A DNA stretch of 64,000 bases from a bacterium (GTDB lineage: Bacteria > Verrucomicrobiota > Verrucomicrobiia > Limisphaerales > UBA11358). The stretch covers positions 10,809 through 74,808 of the forward strand of contig JAJXYT010000111.1 of NCBI GenBank assembly GCA_021780375.1, in the 5' to 3' direction. The translations under genes were made by a program, and so were the position numbers. This document shows positions 44,281 through 53,345 of this stretch, piece by piece (the stretch's first letter is position 1; each line of letters starts with the position of its first letter). The notes below the pieces were generated by a model that did no database searches, was not told the DNA's origin, and worked only from the letters and a program-made list of their open reading frames with translations.

Positions 44281-45129
44281 TCATGGCAAAGCGCCTCCCA
44301 AACCGGCCAGGCCGCGGAGCCTGCGGCGCAACCACAGCCGGGTGAAACGGACGGTCAGCAGAAGTTTGTCGCTCCGACGGCGGGTATGAAATTTCCTGGC
44401 TGGCGATTCGCAGGCGGACAGCGCAATGACTTCCTCCCGGGCCACCGCCGCAATCCGGCGCCAGCCGGCGGCGTGATTGGCGACGGTTTCAAAAGTCATC
44501 GGTGCTCCGATTTGCAGAACGATTTTTCGGGGGCGCACTGCGCGGGCCTCGGGCGGCATCGCGGCAAAACTACCCGACAGACGGCATGGCAAGACCGGGA
44601 TGGCGGTTCCGGCAACGAGCGTGGCAAAGCCCGACTTGAACTCGTGCAGTTGGCCGTCCCGGCTGCGGCTGCCTTCGGGAAACACAATATAAATGGCCTG
44701 CTGATTGATCAGCCGCCCGCGCAAATCGCCGAGTTCATGACGCTGGCCGCCACGGCGGTTGCGCCAGACAGGCAGCGCATTGAGAATCACCGCCGAGAAA
44801 CCGGCGAGCGGCGGCGTGGCAAAAAAATAGTCGCCGGCGGCCAGTGGCGAAACCTGGTCGCGCCAGCGCGCCGAAAGCGCCGAGGCCAGCACGACCGTGT
44901 CCAAGTGGCTGGAATGATTGGCCACGATGACGAATGGCGGTTGCGCGGGCAGATTTTCCAGGCCGCAAATTTCCAGGCGGTTCCAGCATTTAAGAATGGT
45001 CCGCACCGTCATCAGCCAGCCCAGGCGCAGCACGTTGGAAGTCAAATCCGATTCACGGAGCGGACTGCAATGGCGTTCTTTGGTTTGCAGTCCCAGGTCG
45101 CGCGCCGAAAGGTATCGCCAGTCGTTCAC
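44281..45129 (-). CDS. lysophospholipid acyltransferase (PlsC/LPLAT family)
   Basis: HX4D motif VANHSSHLDT and the FPEGSRSRDG block. Confidence 0.8.
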   Translation of the reverse strand: MNDWRYLSARDLGLQTKERHCSPLRESDLTSNVLRLGWLMTVRTILKCWNRLEICGLENLPAQPPFVIVANHSSHLDTVVLASALSARWRDQVSPLAAGDYFFATPPLAGFSAVILNALPVWRNRRGGQRHELGDLRGRLINQQAIYIVFPEGSRSRDGQLHEFKSGFATLVAGTAIPVLPCRLSGSFAAMPPEARAVRPRKIVLQIGAPMTFETVANHAAGWRRIAAVAREEVIALSACESPARKFHTRRRSDKLLLTVRFTRLWLRRRLRGLAGLGGALP

Positions 45130-45131
45130 GA

Positions 45132-46139
45132 TCAGCCTCCGGTGAGGATCCGCATTGGCTGGTTTTGGCCCAGCGGACCCAGTTCATACGACAGAAAATG
45201 ATAAACGGCCGGGGGAACCAGCACGAGGCTGTCAAAACGGTCCAGCCAGCCGCCGTGTCCGGCGATGCAGACGCCAAGGTCTTTTACGCCGAGGTCGCGT
45301 TTGATAGCGGACAGAATCAGGTCGCCGAGCTGGCCGAGCAGGCTGATGAGCAAGCCGAGCTTCAGCAACGAGAAGTCATTGCCCATCGCCGTTCCGGCAA
45401 AAATACTTTTCCCCATCCCTGTTACCAGTGCCGTGGTCAGAACCAGCGCGCCGAGGGAGCCGGCAACGGTTTTGCCGGGACTGATGTTCGACAATAATTT
45501 GCGGCCGCCGAAAATTTTTCCGACGCAATAGGCGAAAATGTCGTTCAATTCCACGCTCAACAGCACGAGGATGAGCAGGGGACGGTAGTGCGAATCGTTG
45601 GCCATCAAGCCGAGATAGCCGATGGAATAGCCGAAGAGCAAAAAGCCCAGGATGCCGAGCGAGACACGCTGGAGGTAGCCTTGGGGGCGGTTTTCCGGCA
45701 GCGTGACCATGGCGATGACGCCGCTGGTCAGCGCGGCCAGTGAAAAATACATCCGGTCGTAGTGGTCCACGTTGGCGATCCCTAGCGCGAAGATGCCGAC
45801 CAGGACGACGGCGACGATCGGGAATTCGCGGAACAGTCCGGTGGCGCGGGCGAATTCCTGGAAGCAAAACCAACTCAACACCGCCACCGCGATCATGACC
45901 CAGGCCGCGCCCAGCAGAATCGGGCCAACCATTGCCGCGGTCAGCCACAACCAGGATTTCCAGCGCCGCCAGAGTTCTTCGTGTAACTGTGGTGAAATGA
46001 CGTTGAGCCTCGACAGCGCGTGAATCACCAGCGGCGCGAGGGCGAGCGCCGCGAGAATGCCCGTGACCGCGCAGACGGTGACCGGATGGTCAAAGGCGGT
46101 ACGCCAGCCAAACAAATGTTGCCAGGCCGTGGAGTTCAT
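45132..46139 (-). CDS. cdsA: phosphatidate cytidylyltransferase
   Basis: Polytopic membrane protein with C-terminal signature SAIKRDLGVKDLGVCIAGHGGWLDRFDSL. Confidence 0.85.
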   Translation of the reverse strand: MNSTAWQHLFGWRTAFDHPVTVCAVTGILAALALAPLVIHALSRLNVISPQLHEELWRRWKSWLWLTAAMVGPILLGAAWVMIAVAVLSWFCFQEFARATGLFREFPIVAVVLVGIFALGIANVDHYDRMYFSLAALTSGVIAMVTLPENRPQGYLQRVSLGILGFLLFGYSIGYLGLMANDSHYRPLLILVLLSVELNDIFAYCVGKIFGGRKLLSNISPGKTVAGSLGALVLTTALVTGMGKSIFAGTAMGNDFSLLKLGLLISLLGQLGDLILSAIKRDLGVKDLGVCIAGHGGWLDRFDSLVLVPPAVYHFLSYELGPLGQNQPMRILTGG

Positions 46140-46840
46140 TTTTTGATCGGGTAGGATTGGGAGACTTCACCGGCGATTCGTTTTAGCCGGCGGAACACGG
46201 TAACGATCCCGCCTGACACGATGGCGGCCAGTCCGAACGACATCAGACCGAAAGGGTTATTTCCAATTTGCACGAGCGGCTGCCAGCCGGCCGGCGTCAA
46301 CCCGCAATACAGCGAGATGAGCAGAATTACCACCATGCGCCCCGGCTTGGCCATCGGGCCGCAGTAATGTTGCATTGCACCGGTGACTTTGCCTTCGGCG
46401 CGGACGTAAGCGACGAACACGGCCGTGAGCGCCGCGCTGAATCCGAGCGCCGGGTTTCCGCCGGCGGCGTATCCTGCGCCCACCAGAACCGCCATGTCGG
46501 CCAAGCGGTCCGGGATTTCGTTGAATAACTCGCCGAACGGCGAGGCTTTTCCACTGCCCACCGCGACCATGCCGTCGAGGAGATTTCCCATGCCGCGCAC
46601 CACGATCCCGGCGACGGCAAGGAGGAACAGGAGTTGGGGCAGCGCCAGCCGTTGTGTCGCGGCAAGCGCCAGTCCGGCCCCGATGCCGCCAGCCATGCCC
46701 GCCAGCGAAATAACGTTCGGCGATACCTTTCGGGCGATGAGCCAGCGGGCGAATTGTCGGGAAATGTTCCAGTCGCGTGTGAACATCGGACGGCGTTCCG
46801 GCGCAACGATGGGCGTTGAGATGATTTGGTTTGTTTTCAT
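46136..46840 (-). CDS. CDP-alcohol phosphatidyltransferase family protein
   Basis: Start at MKTNQIIS, with an ATGA overlap with the upstream gene. The motif DG(x)2A(x)8G(x)3D(x)3D appears as LDGMVAVGSGKASPFGELFNEIPDRLAD. Confidence 0.8.
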   Translation of the reverse strand: MKTNQIISTPIVAPERRPMFTRDWNISRQFARWLIARKVSPNVISLAGMAGGIGAGLALAATQRLALPQLLFLLAVAGIVVRGMGNLLDGMVAVGSGKASPFGELFNEIPDRLADMAVLVGAGYAAGGNPALGFSAALTAVFVAYVRAEGKVTGAMQHYCGPMAKPGRMVVILLISLYCGLTPAGWQPLVQIGNNPFGLMSFGLAAIVSGGIVTVFRRLKRIAGEVSQSYPIKK

Positions 46841-47190
46841 GATGTTCTCCCCAGCAAATACATGCCGCCGATGAGCAATGCCATGCCGGCGACGTTGGCA
46901 GCGGAAATTATCCGGCCATACAACACGTGTTCGATGAGCGCGGCCCAGATGAATGTCGTGGCATACAGCGGATAGAGCGCACTGGGCGAAGCCTTCTGCT
47001 TGAACGCGGCCACGAACAGCACCATCACCGCAACGTAACAACACGCGCCCACCAGAATCCGGCTGTTCAATAAATAACTTTGGAGGGTCCCGCGCGTCCG
47101 GTCGGCGCCGGCCTTGTAAAAGAATTGTCCGACCGCTCCCAGCACCGAAGCGAACAGGAAGCAGAGAATGGCCAGCGGCGTGGTTTTCAT
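46837..47190 (-). CDS. small DMT-superfamily (EamA/ArnE-like) membrane protein
   Basis: MKTTPLAILCFLFASVLGAVGQFFYK..., about 4 TM segments. ATG 47190 is preceded by GAGG. The track starts at GTG 47199. Confidence 0.65.
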   Translation of the reverse strand: MKTTPLAILCFLFASVLGAVGQFFYKAGADRTRGTLQSYLLNSRILVGACCYVAVMVLFVAAFKQKASPSALYPLYATTFIWAALIEHVLYGRIISAANVAGMALLIGGMYLLGRTS

Positions 47191-47225
47191 TTGCCTCACA
47201 CTTTAAGCGCGCTTGCCTTGCGGGC

Positions 47226-47265
47226 GTTAATTGATAAAACTGGCGGCATCATCGCTACAACCAAT
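47226..47265. promoter_or_regulatory. conserved intergenic element, copy C (fills the divergent LysR / lipid-operon spacer)
   Basis: GTTAATTGATAAAAC-tggcgg-CATCATCGCTACAACCAAT. The final AT.. runs into the LysR ATG at 47264. Confidence 0.6.
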
Positions 47266-48157
47266 GAACATCCATCACTTGGAGTTGTTCTATTACGTCG
47301 CCCGTCATGGCGGCATCATGCCGGCGGTGCACAACATCCCCTACGGCATCCAGCAACCCGCGGTCAGTTCCCAGATTGCCCAACTTGAGGAATTTCTCGG
47401 CGCGACGTTGTTTCAGCGCCGGCCGTTTGCGCTGACGCCGGCGGGCCAGGCGCTGTACGATTACGTCAAGCCGTTTTTTGACAACCTGGATCCGGTGGCC
47501 GAGAAAATCCGCGGCGGCGTTTCCCAGCACCTGCGCATCGCCGCGTCCGAAACAGTGCTGCGGGAACATCTGCCGGTGATGCTGCAGGAGCTGCGGCGGC
47601 CGTTTCCGAAGTTGAAGGTGACGTTGCGCGAAGGTTATCATCCGGAGGTTGTCACCTGGCTGCAACAACGGGAAATTGACGTGTCTCTCGGACTGGTTGG
47701 CAACAAGCCGCCCCCGGGCGTGAACGCCTTGCCCTTGTTCAAACTGCCGCTGGTATTGCTCGTCCCGAAAACGAGCAAGCTGAAATCCGCCCAGGAACTC
47801 TGGGAACGCGATCCGATCGGGGAATCACTCATCACGGTGCCGAGCAACGAATTTATCAGCCGTGCGTTCCAGGCGGGGTTGGCGAAACTCGGGGTGGACT
47901 GGTTCAGCCGGATTGAGGTCAATTCCGTCGAAATTGTGCAAACGTATGTTGCCAACGGCTACGGCATTGGCGTGACCGTGGGCGTGCCGAAGATGAAGAT
48001 CCACCCGCAGGTGCGGGTGCTGCCGCTCGAAGGGTTCGAGCCGGTCAAATTTGGCGTCCTCTGGCAGGGCGGAAAAAATCCCCTGCTCGAGGCCTTTCTC
48101 AAAATTGTCCAGGCCACCGCGCGCCGGTTGCTGGCCGGAGAAAACCTGGACTTGTGA
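47264..48157 (+). CDS. LysR-family transcriptional regulator
   Basis: MNIHHLELFYYVARHGGIMPAVHNIPYGIQQPAVSSQIAQLEEFLG (LysR HTH) plus a substrate-binding domain. The first ATG in the frame was used. Confidence 0.85.
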   Translation: MNIHHLELFYYVARHGGIMPAVHNIPYGIQQPAVSSQIAQLEEFLGATLFQRRPFALTPAGQALYDYVKPFFDNLDPVAEKIRGGVSQHLRIAASETVLREHLPVMLQELRRPFPKLKVTLREGYHPEVVTWLQQREIDVSLGLVGNKPPPGVNALPLFKLPLVLLVPKTSKLKSAQELWERDPIGESLITVPSNEFISRAFQAGLAKLGVDWFSRIEVNSVEIVQTYVANGYGIGVTVGVPKMKIHPQVRVLPLEGFEPVKFGVLWQGGKNPLLEAFLKIVQATARRLLAGENLDL

Positions 48158-48444
48158 TTCTCCAGGCGCGGAGTCTCTCCCGGAATCTGGTCGCCGCGGG
48201 AATTTTTTACATTGGTGTGATTCCCGGGGGCGATTTTACCCGAATTTGTTTCGCGCCGACAATCGGTAATGGGCCATGGACGGCCATTTCCGAGACAGCG
48301 CGCCTTGGGTCGGGACAAATCCATGCTGAATTAAAGTGATTTCCCCCCGCATTGGAATCTGGCGCGGCGATTGCTAAAGTTGCGAAGAATCTGTTGGAAA
48401 GCTGCGTGCAACCAGGTAATTAAAACTGAACGATTAAGCAACCA

Positions 48445-49524
48445 ATGCAAATGGGTTTGCCATTTCTGAACGGTGTCGCGGGAAAAAGCCGGAACCAAAT
48501 GATCTCGGTTGATCTGGGGAGCCGCACGACGAAGGCCGTGCTTTTGGAGCGGCGGGGAGAGGGTTTTGCCCTGACTCGTTATGCGTTGCTGGACGCCCCG
48601 ATTTTCGAAAAAATCCTTTCGCCGGAATTGCTGGCGGAACATCTGAAAACCATTTGTGAAACATTGGAAGCCAGAGCCAAGTTGGTGACCTTGTCCATTG
48701 GCGTAAATGACGCCATGGTGCGAACGGTGGAACTGCCACTCATACCCGTGGACGAGATGCGCCTGGTGTTGAAAAACAACACCCGCGGTTATCTACAACA
48801 GGATTTGCCCAATCGCGTTTTCGACTGCCATATTATTCCGATCAAACCGCTGCCCAAACCTGCCGACGCCGGCAAAACCCCGTCGCTCTCCAAAGTGAAA
48901 GTATTGGTGGCGGCTGCCGGAAAGCAGTTGATCGGCGATTTCCAAAGCGCGGTCGGGGAGGCGGGGCTTGTGGCGGACCACATCGTGCCCGGTCTGATTG
49001 GTCCGGTGAATGCTTTTGAGATGGCCATGCCCGAAGCGTTCGCCAGCGACTCCGTTGCGCTGGTGGATATCGGATTCAAACACTCCTCGATCGCCCTCCT
49101 GCATCAAGGTGAACTGGCATTAAGCCGGGTGGTGGGGATCGGCGGCGACAAATTGACAGCCGGTTTGGCGGAGGCGATGAATATCAGTTACGCCGAGGCG
49201 GAGGGGATTAAAATAGGCATGGCTCCGGAAATTCAGTCCACCCTGGAAACGCAAGTATTGCCGCTCGGCCGCGAATTGCGGGCGTCCCTTGACTTTTTTG
49301 AACATCAACAGGACCGGCCGGTCTCGCATGTTTATGTCAGCGGTGGTTCCGCCCGGTCGGAACTCATCCTGCAAATGCTGCACAGCGAGTTGATCGCAGA
49401 ATGCAAGGCCTGGAATCCGACGACCTTCCTTCAACTGGCATTGCCGGAACAGCAGACGGCCGAGCTTGAACACGTCGCGCCGCAACTCACGGTAGCCATC
49501 GGTGCTGCGATGGCCGCCTTTTAA
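48445..49524 (+). CDS. pilM: type IV pilus assembly protein PilM
   Basis: Actin-like ATPase fold blocks ISVDLGSRTTKAV, VDIGFKHSS and YVSGGSA. Followed by pilNOPQ-like genes. Confidence 0.85.
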   Translation: MQMGLPFLNGVAGKSRNQMISVDLGSRTTKAVLLERRGEGFALTRYALLDAPIFEKILSPELLAEHLKTICETLEARAKLVTLSIGVNDAMVRTVELPLIPVDEMRLVLKNNTRGYLQQDLPNRVFDCHIIPIKPLPKPADAGKTPSLSKVKVLVAAAGKQLIGDFQSAVGEAGLVADHIVPGLIGPVNAFEMAMPEAFASDSVALVDIGFKHSSIALLHQGELALSRVVGIGGDKLTAGLAEAMNISYAEAEGIKIGMAPEIQSTLETQVLPLGRELRASLDFFEHQQDRPVSHVYVSGGSARSELILQMLHSELIAECKAWNPTTFLQLALPEQQTAELEHVAPQLTVAIGAAMAAF

Positions 49525-49527
49525 GTT

Positions 49528-50172
49528 ATGCCGATACGCCTCAATCTGCTGGCCGAAGCCCAAGCCGCCGAAGAATTACGGCGCCGGGACCCGATCAAGC
49601 GCGTGATCTTCGGCGGGGTGCTGGTCGTGGTATTGATGTTGGTGTGGTGGAGTTGGCTCCAACTGCGGGTCATCGTCGCCAACGCGAGCCTGTCCCAGAC
49701 CAAAGCCCAGATCGAATCACACACCAATGCCTATCAAGTTGTATTGGTCGGTGAAAAAAAGATCACGGAGGCGAAGGAAAATCTGGCAGCCCTGCAAAAA
49801 TTAACCAATAACCGTTTCCTGCAAGGCAACCTGTTGAATGCCTTGCAGGAGGCCACCGTGCCCGGCGTACAGCTGGTCAGGTTGCGGGTGAACCAGGCGT
49901 ATCAGGCCAATCAAGGAACCGGGGTTCAGACCAACGCCACGATTACGGAAAAAATTGTCCTGTCACTGGATGCGGAGGACTTCAGTAGCAACCCGGGTGA
50001 TCAGGTAAACAAATTTAAAGATGCCATCAGTGACGAGCCCTACTTCCAAACCAAACTGGGCAGCGCGAATGCTGTTCGTCTGACGAACCTGTCGGCGCCC
50101 CAGGTTGATCCGAGTGGCAAAGCGTCGGTCTTGTTCAGTTTGCAGTGCGCTTATCCCGATCACACCCGATGA
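49528..50172 (+). CDS. pilN: PilN-like pilus assembly protein
   Basis: MPIRLNLLAE..., a single TM segment, a coiled-coil region, and its position after pilM. Confidence 0.75.
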   Translation: MPIRLNLLAEAQAAEELRRRDPIKRVIFGGVLVVVLMLVWWSWLQLRVIVANASLSQTKAQIESHTNAYQVVLVGEKKITEAKENLAALQKLTNNRFLQGNLLNALQEATVPGVQLVRLRVNQAYQANQGTGVQTNATITEKIVLSLDAEDFSSNPGDQVNKFKDAISDEPYFQTKLGSANAVRLTNLSAPQVDPSGKASVLFSLQCAYPDHTR

Positions 50173-50735
50173 AATTGTCCAAAGACAAACGCAATCAGCT
50201 CGCCCTTGTGCTCGTCTGCACATTGGCAGTAATCGCCATGATGTGGTTTGAGTTAATTCGGCCCCGGTACGCGGTGCTGACCCAGGTAGTCGCAAGTCAG
50301 AGTGTTGCTGAAAAAAAACTCGATGGTATTCAAACGGCCATAAAGCATGCCAACACCACCGCCGCCGAATTGACCAATGTGACGCAGACTCTGTCCGAAG
50401 CCGAGAAGGATATGGCTTCGGGGGACCTGTACTCCTGGACTTATAACACCATTCGGCTTTTTAAAGCCCGGTATCAAGTGGACATTCCGGAAATAGGCCA
50501 TCCGGATGTCGGGCCGGTGGATCTGTTTTCGTCTTTTCCATTCAAACAGGTGAAATTCACCGTTACCGGGACAGCCTATTACCATGACTTGGGCAAATTC
50601 ATTGCCGATTTCGAAAATACCTATCCGCATATTCGGGTGGTCAATCTGCAACTCCAGCCTGCTAACGCAGATGACGGTGGCGAAAAGCTTTCCTTCAAAA
50701 TGGATATCATTGCTTTGGTAAAATCCACCTCTTAG
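50169..50735 (+). CDS. pilO: PilO-like pilus assembly protein
   Basis: ATGA overlap with pilN. One TM segment (LALVLVCTLAVIAMMWF) followed by coiled-coil and ferredoxin-like regions. Confidence 0.65.
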   Translation: MKLSKDKRNQLALVLVCTLAVIAMMWFELIRPRYAVLTQVVASQSVAEKKLDGIQTAIKHANTTAAELTNVTQTLSEAEKDMASGDLYSWTYNTIRLFKARYQVDIPEIGHPDVGPVDLFSSFPFKQVKFTVTGTAYYHDLGKFIADFENTYPHIRVVNLQLQPANADDGGEKLSFKMDIIALVKSTS

Positions 50736-50760
50736 CCCACAAAACTCCTGTGAAGCGGCC

Positions 50761-51192
50761 ATGAAAAATTTTAGCGAAAAAACCATGACGGGTTTGCTGG
50801 TGATTGGCTGCGCGATGGTCCTTACGACCGGCGCCGCGCCGGCGCCGCAACGCAACATTACCCATGCGAACCGCTCAATATTCATTCTTCCGTCAAATCC
50901 CAGGGAAGGCCGCGACCCATTTTTTCCCGACTCCACCCGGCCCTATAAAATTGCCGTCGCCGCCAATCCTCGGGTGGCGGATGTGAGTTCACTGGTGGTG
51001 AAGGGATTTTCCGGCTCGATGAACCGCCGATTAGTCATCATCAACAATCACACTTTTGCCGCCGGCGATGAAGGCGACGTTGTGACTCCCGATGGCCGCA
51101 TCCATCTAAGCTGCATCGAAATCAGAACCAATTCCGTTGTGATTGAAGTTGGCGGCCAACGCCACGAACTGTTTTATTCCGACCAACTTTAA
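50761..51192 (+). CDS. PilP-like small periplasmic protein
   Basis: Signal peptide and a C-terminal beta-rich segment VVKGFSGSMNRRLVIINNHTFAAGDEG. Sits between the pilO-like gene and the secretin. Confidence 0.5.
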   Translation: MKNFSEKTMTGLLVIGCAMVLTTGAAPAPQRNITHANRSIFILPSNPREGRDPFFPDSTRPYKIAVAANPRVADVSSLVVKGFSGSMNRRLVIINNHTFAAGDEGDVVTPDGRIHLSCIEIRTNSVVIEVGGQRHELFYSDQL

Positions 51193-51423
51193 GGTCGAAC
51201 ACCAGGAGAGCCTTAAAATTTAAACCAGCGTTCATTCCGAATTTGTTTGTTCGGGAAGGCGGTTTTTTTGCTTTGAGTCTGGTTGGGCGAAATCTCCTTT
51301 TCCGGCCGGCGCGGAACGCCGGCGCTTCTCGTTAACATAAAAGTCCAGGGCTGTTTCAGGGTTGGCTCGGTATCTGCTAAGTACTTCCACCATTGGACTG
51401 AAAAACCAATAAAAACAAAAAAT

Positions 51424-53292
51424 ATGAAATCGAAACTGCTAATTGCCACGCTGTGTGCGGGACTTGTCTCGCAATGGTGGGCTATGTCTCAAACTGATAC
51501 CAACAGTGTCGCGACGAATCAGCCTGCGATGAGTGAGTCGGCCCCCGCTGCTCAACCCGCCGCCGCCTCCACTGTTGAAACCACGGCCACCGCTGCCACC
51601 AATGCTGCGGCGATGCCGGCTGCCAGCACCGACACGTCTTCCTCCAGTGCGACCAGTGGCAACGATACGGCCACTGCTGCCACGGGCAGCACATCGGCCA
51701 TGACCGCAACGAACGCGGAATCTTCCGGCGCGGAGGGCGCCAGTGAAATTGCCGGCGCCGCCTCCAACGCGCCGGTCGTGTTGCCCATTCAATTCCAGGA
51801 TGTTCCCATTACCACGGCCATCGAAAATCTGGCCCGCCTGGCGGGAATCAATTACCTGCTCGACCCGAAGATTGGTTACGGCCAGCCCGATAAAAATGGC
51901 CAGATCAAGCCGGAACCGACGATTTCTGTCCGTTGGGAAAACGTCTCCGCCCGTCAGGCGCTGTTGGCGGTGTTGGATAATTACAACCTGCAACTGACGG
52001 AAGAACCGAAAACCAAAATTGCCCGCATCAGCATCAAAAACCCCAATGCGCCGCCGCCGCTGATTACCCGGGTCATCCAGCTCAAATACTCCAGCGTCTC
52101 CAACATTATGGTCGCCGTGGAAAGCACGTTGACCGACAAGCGAAGCAGGGTGGTGGGGGATTCACGCACCAGTCAATTGGTTGTGGTTGCCACCGAGAAC
52201 GAACAAGACGCGGTGGATACGCTGATTGACCAGCTTGACAAACCCACCCGCCAGGTTTTGATCGAAACCCGCCTGATGGAGGTTTCCAGCTCGCCCAGCA
52301 CCACCAAAGGCATTGATTGGTCGGGCACTCTCAGTGCGCAAAATGTCTCCTTTGGAAATGATGCGCTTGCGGGACTGGCGCCACAAGCTGCAATTCCGGC
52401 TTCCGCCGGACCACCACCGACACTCGCACAACCGGCTACTCAAGGCATCATTGGTGGAATTCTTAACAATCCAGCCGTGCTAGCCAGTACGGCAAAAGGA
52501 TTTAATCCTTCTACGTTCTTCCTGAACGCTGATGGCGTCCGGGCGGTGCTGTCTTTTTTGAACAACGATTCCGATGCCCAAACGATCGCCACTCCTCGCG
52601 TGGTGACGCTGGACAATCAATTGGCGCATATCGAGGTTACCCGGGCCGTCCCGATCTTTGCCACCACTGCGGGTACACAAGGTTCGCCCGGCGGTTCGCA
52701 GGTGGCCTACACCAACTTGGGAACCATCCTGGATGTCACCCCGCGCATTTCCGCCAACGATTATATCTGGCTCACCGTTCAGCCGGAAGTCTCCAGTGTG
52801 TTTGACACCATCACAAAAATCGTTGCCGGGGTGGAAAACCAGGCGGACGAATATGACGTGCGCAAGGTTAAAACCCAGGTTTTAATCCCCAACGCGAATA
52901 CCCTGGTCATGGGTGGATTTATCAAGGACAACACCAAAAGCATATACACAAAAGTGCCGATCCTGGGTGACATTCCGATTCTTGGATATGCCTTTCGGTC
53001 TGAAAGCAAGGGCCTCGATAAAGATAATCTGCTGATTTTCATCACCCCGACCATTGTCAAAGACACTGACTATCAGCCGACCTCAACGGCATTCCTGCAG
53101 TCCAGTCCCCTGGGGCCCAAACCGCCCATGAATCCCAAGACCCCATGGAACAGTGCCAAGCCTTATGACTGGAGCAATCCGAAAAATACGGACCCTTATT
53201 ACGACGTAGCCAATCAACCCTCATCCGACCGGCAGGAACCCAACAATGCGACCGAACCTTCGACGATGACGAATTCGACGGTTAATCCGTGA
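51424..53292 (+). CDS. pilQ: type IV pilus / type II secretion secretin
   Basis: Start at MKSKLLIATLCAGLVS (signal peptide). Ala/Thr/Ser-rich spacer. Secretin blocks: RVVTLDNQLAHIEV, VPILGDIPILGYAFRS, NLLIFITPTIV. Confidence 0.85.
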   Translation: MKSKLLIATLCAGLVSQWWAMSQTDTNSVATNQPAMSESAPAAQPAAASTVETTATAATNAAAMPAASTDTSSSSATSGNDTATAATGSTSAMTATNAESSGAEGASEIAGAASNAPVVLPIQFQDVPITTAIENLARLAGINYLLDPKIGYGQPDKNGQIKPEPTISVRWENVSARQALLAVLDNYNLQLTEEPKTKIARISIKNPNAPPPLITRVIQLKYSSVSNIMVAVESTLTDKRSRVVGDSRTSQLVVVATENEQDAVDTLIDQLDKPTRQVLIETRLMEVSSSPSTTKGIDWSGTLSAQNVSFGNDALAGLAPQAAIPASAGPPPTLAQPATQGIIGGILNNPAVLASTAKGFNPSTFFLNADGVRAVLSFLNNDSDAQTIATPRVVTLDNQLAHIEVTRAVPIFATTAGTQGSPGGSQVAYTNLGTILDVTPRISANDYIWLTVQPEVSSVFDTITKIVAGVENQADEYDVRKVKTQVLIPNANTLVMGGFIKDNTKSIYTKVPILGDIPILGYAFRSESKGLDKDNLLIFITPTIVKDTDYQPTSTAFLQSSPLGPKPPMNPKTPWNSAKPYDWSNPKNTDPYYDVANQPSSDRQEPNNATEPSTMTNSTVNP

Positions 53293-53310
53293 TGGAAGCC
53301 GATCCTCGAC

Positions 53311-53345
53311 GGCGCGCTCAAAAAAAGCGCGCCGTTTTTGTTTTT
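53311..53345 (+). terminator. rho-independent terminator after pilQ
   Basis: GGCGCGCT-caaaaaa-AGCGCGCC followed by GTTTTTGTTTTT. Confidence 0.85.

Noticed and set aside
51237-51269. Hairpin plus T7 run between the pilP-like gene and pilQ as an internal terminator
   Set aside because: The stem is only 5 bp (CCGAA/TTCGG), and the T run is 8 nt away from it. That is too weak to call; at most it is a pause or attenuation site.
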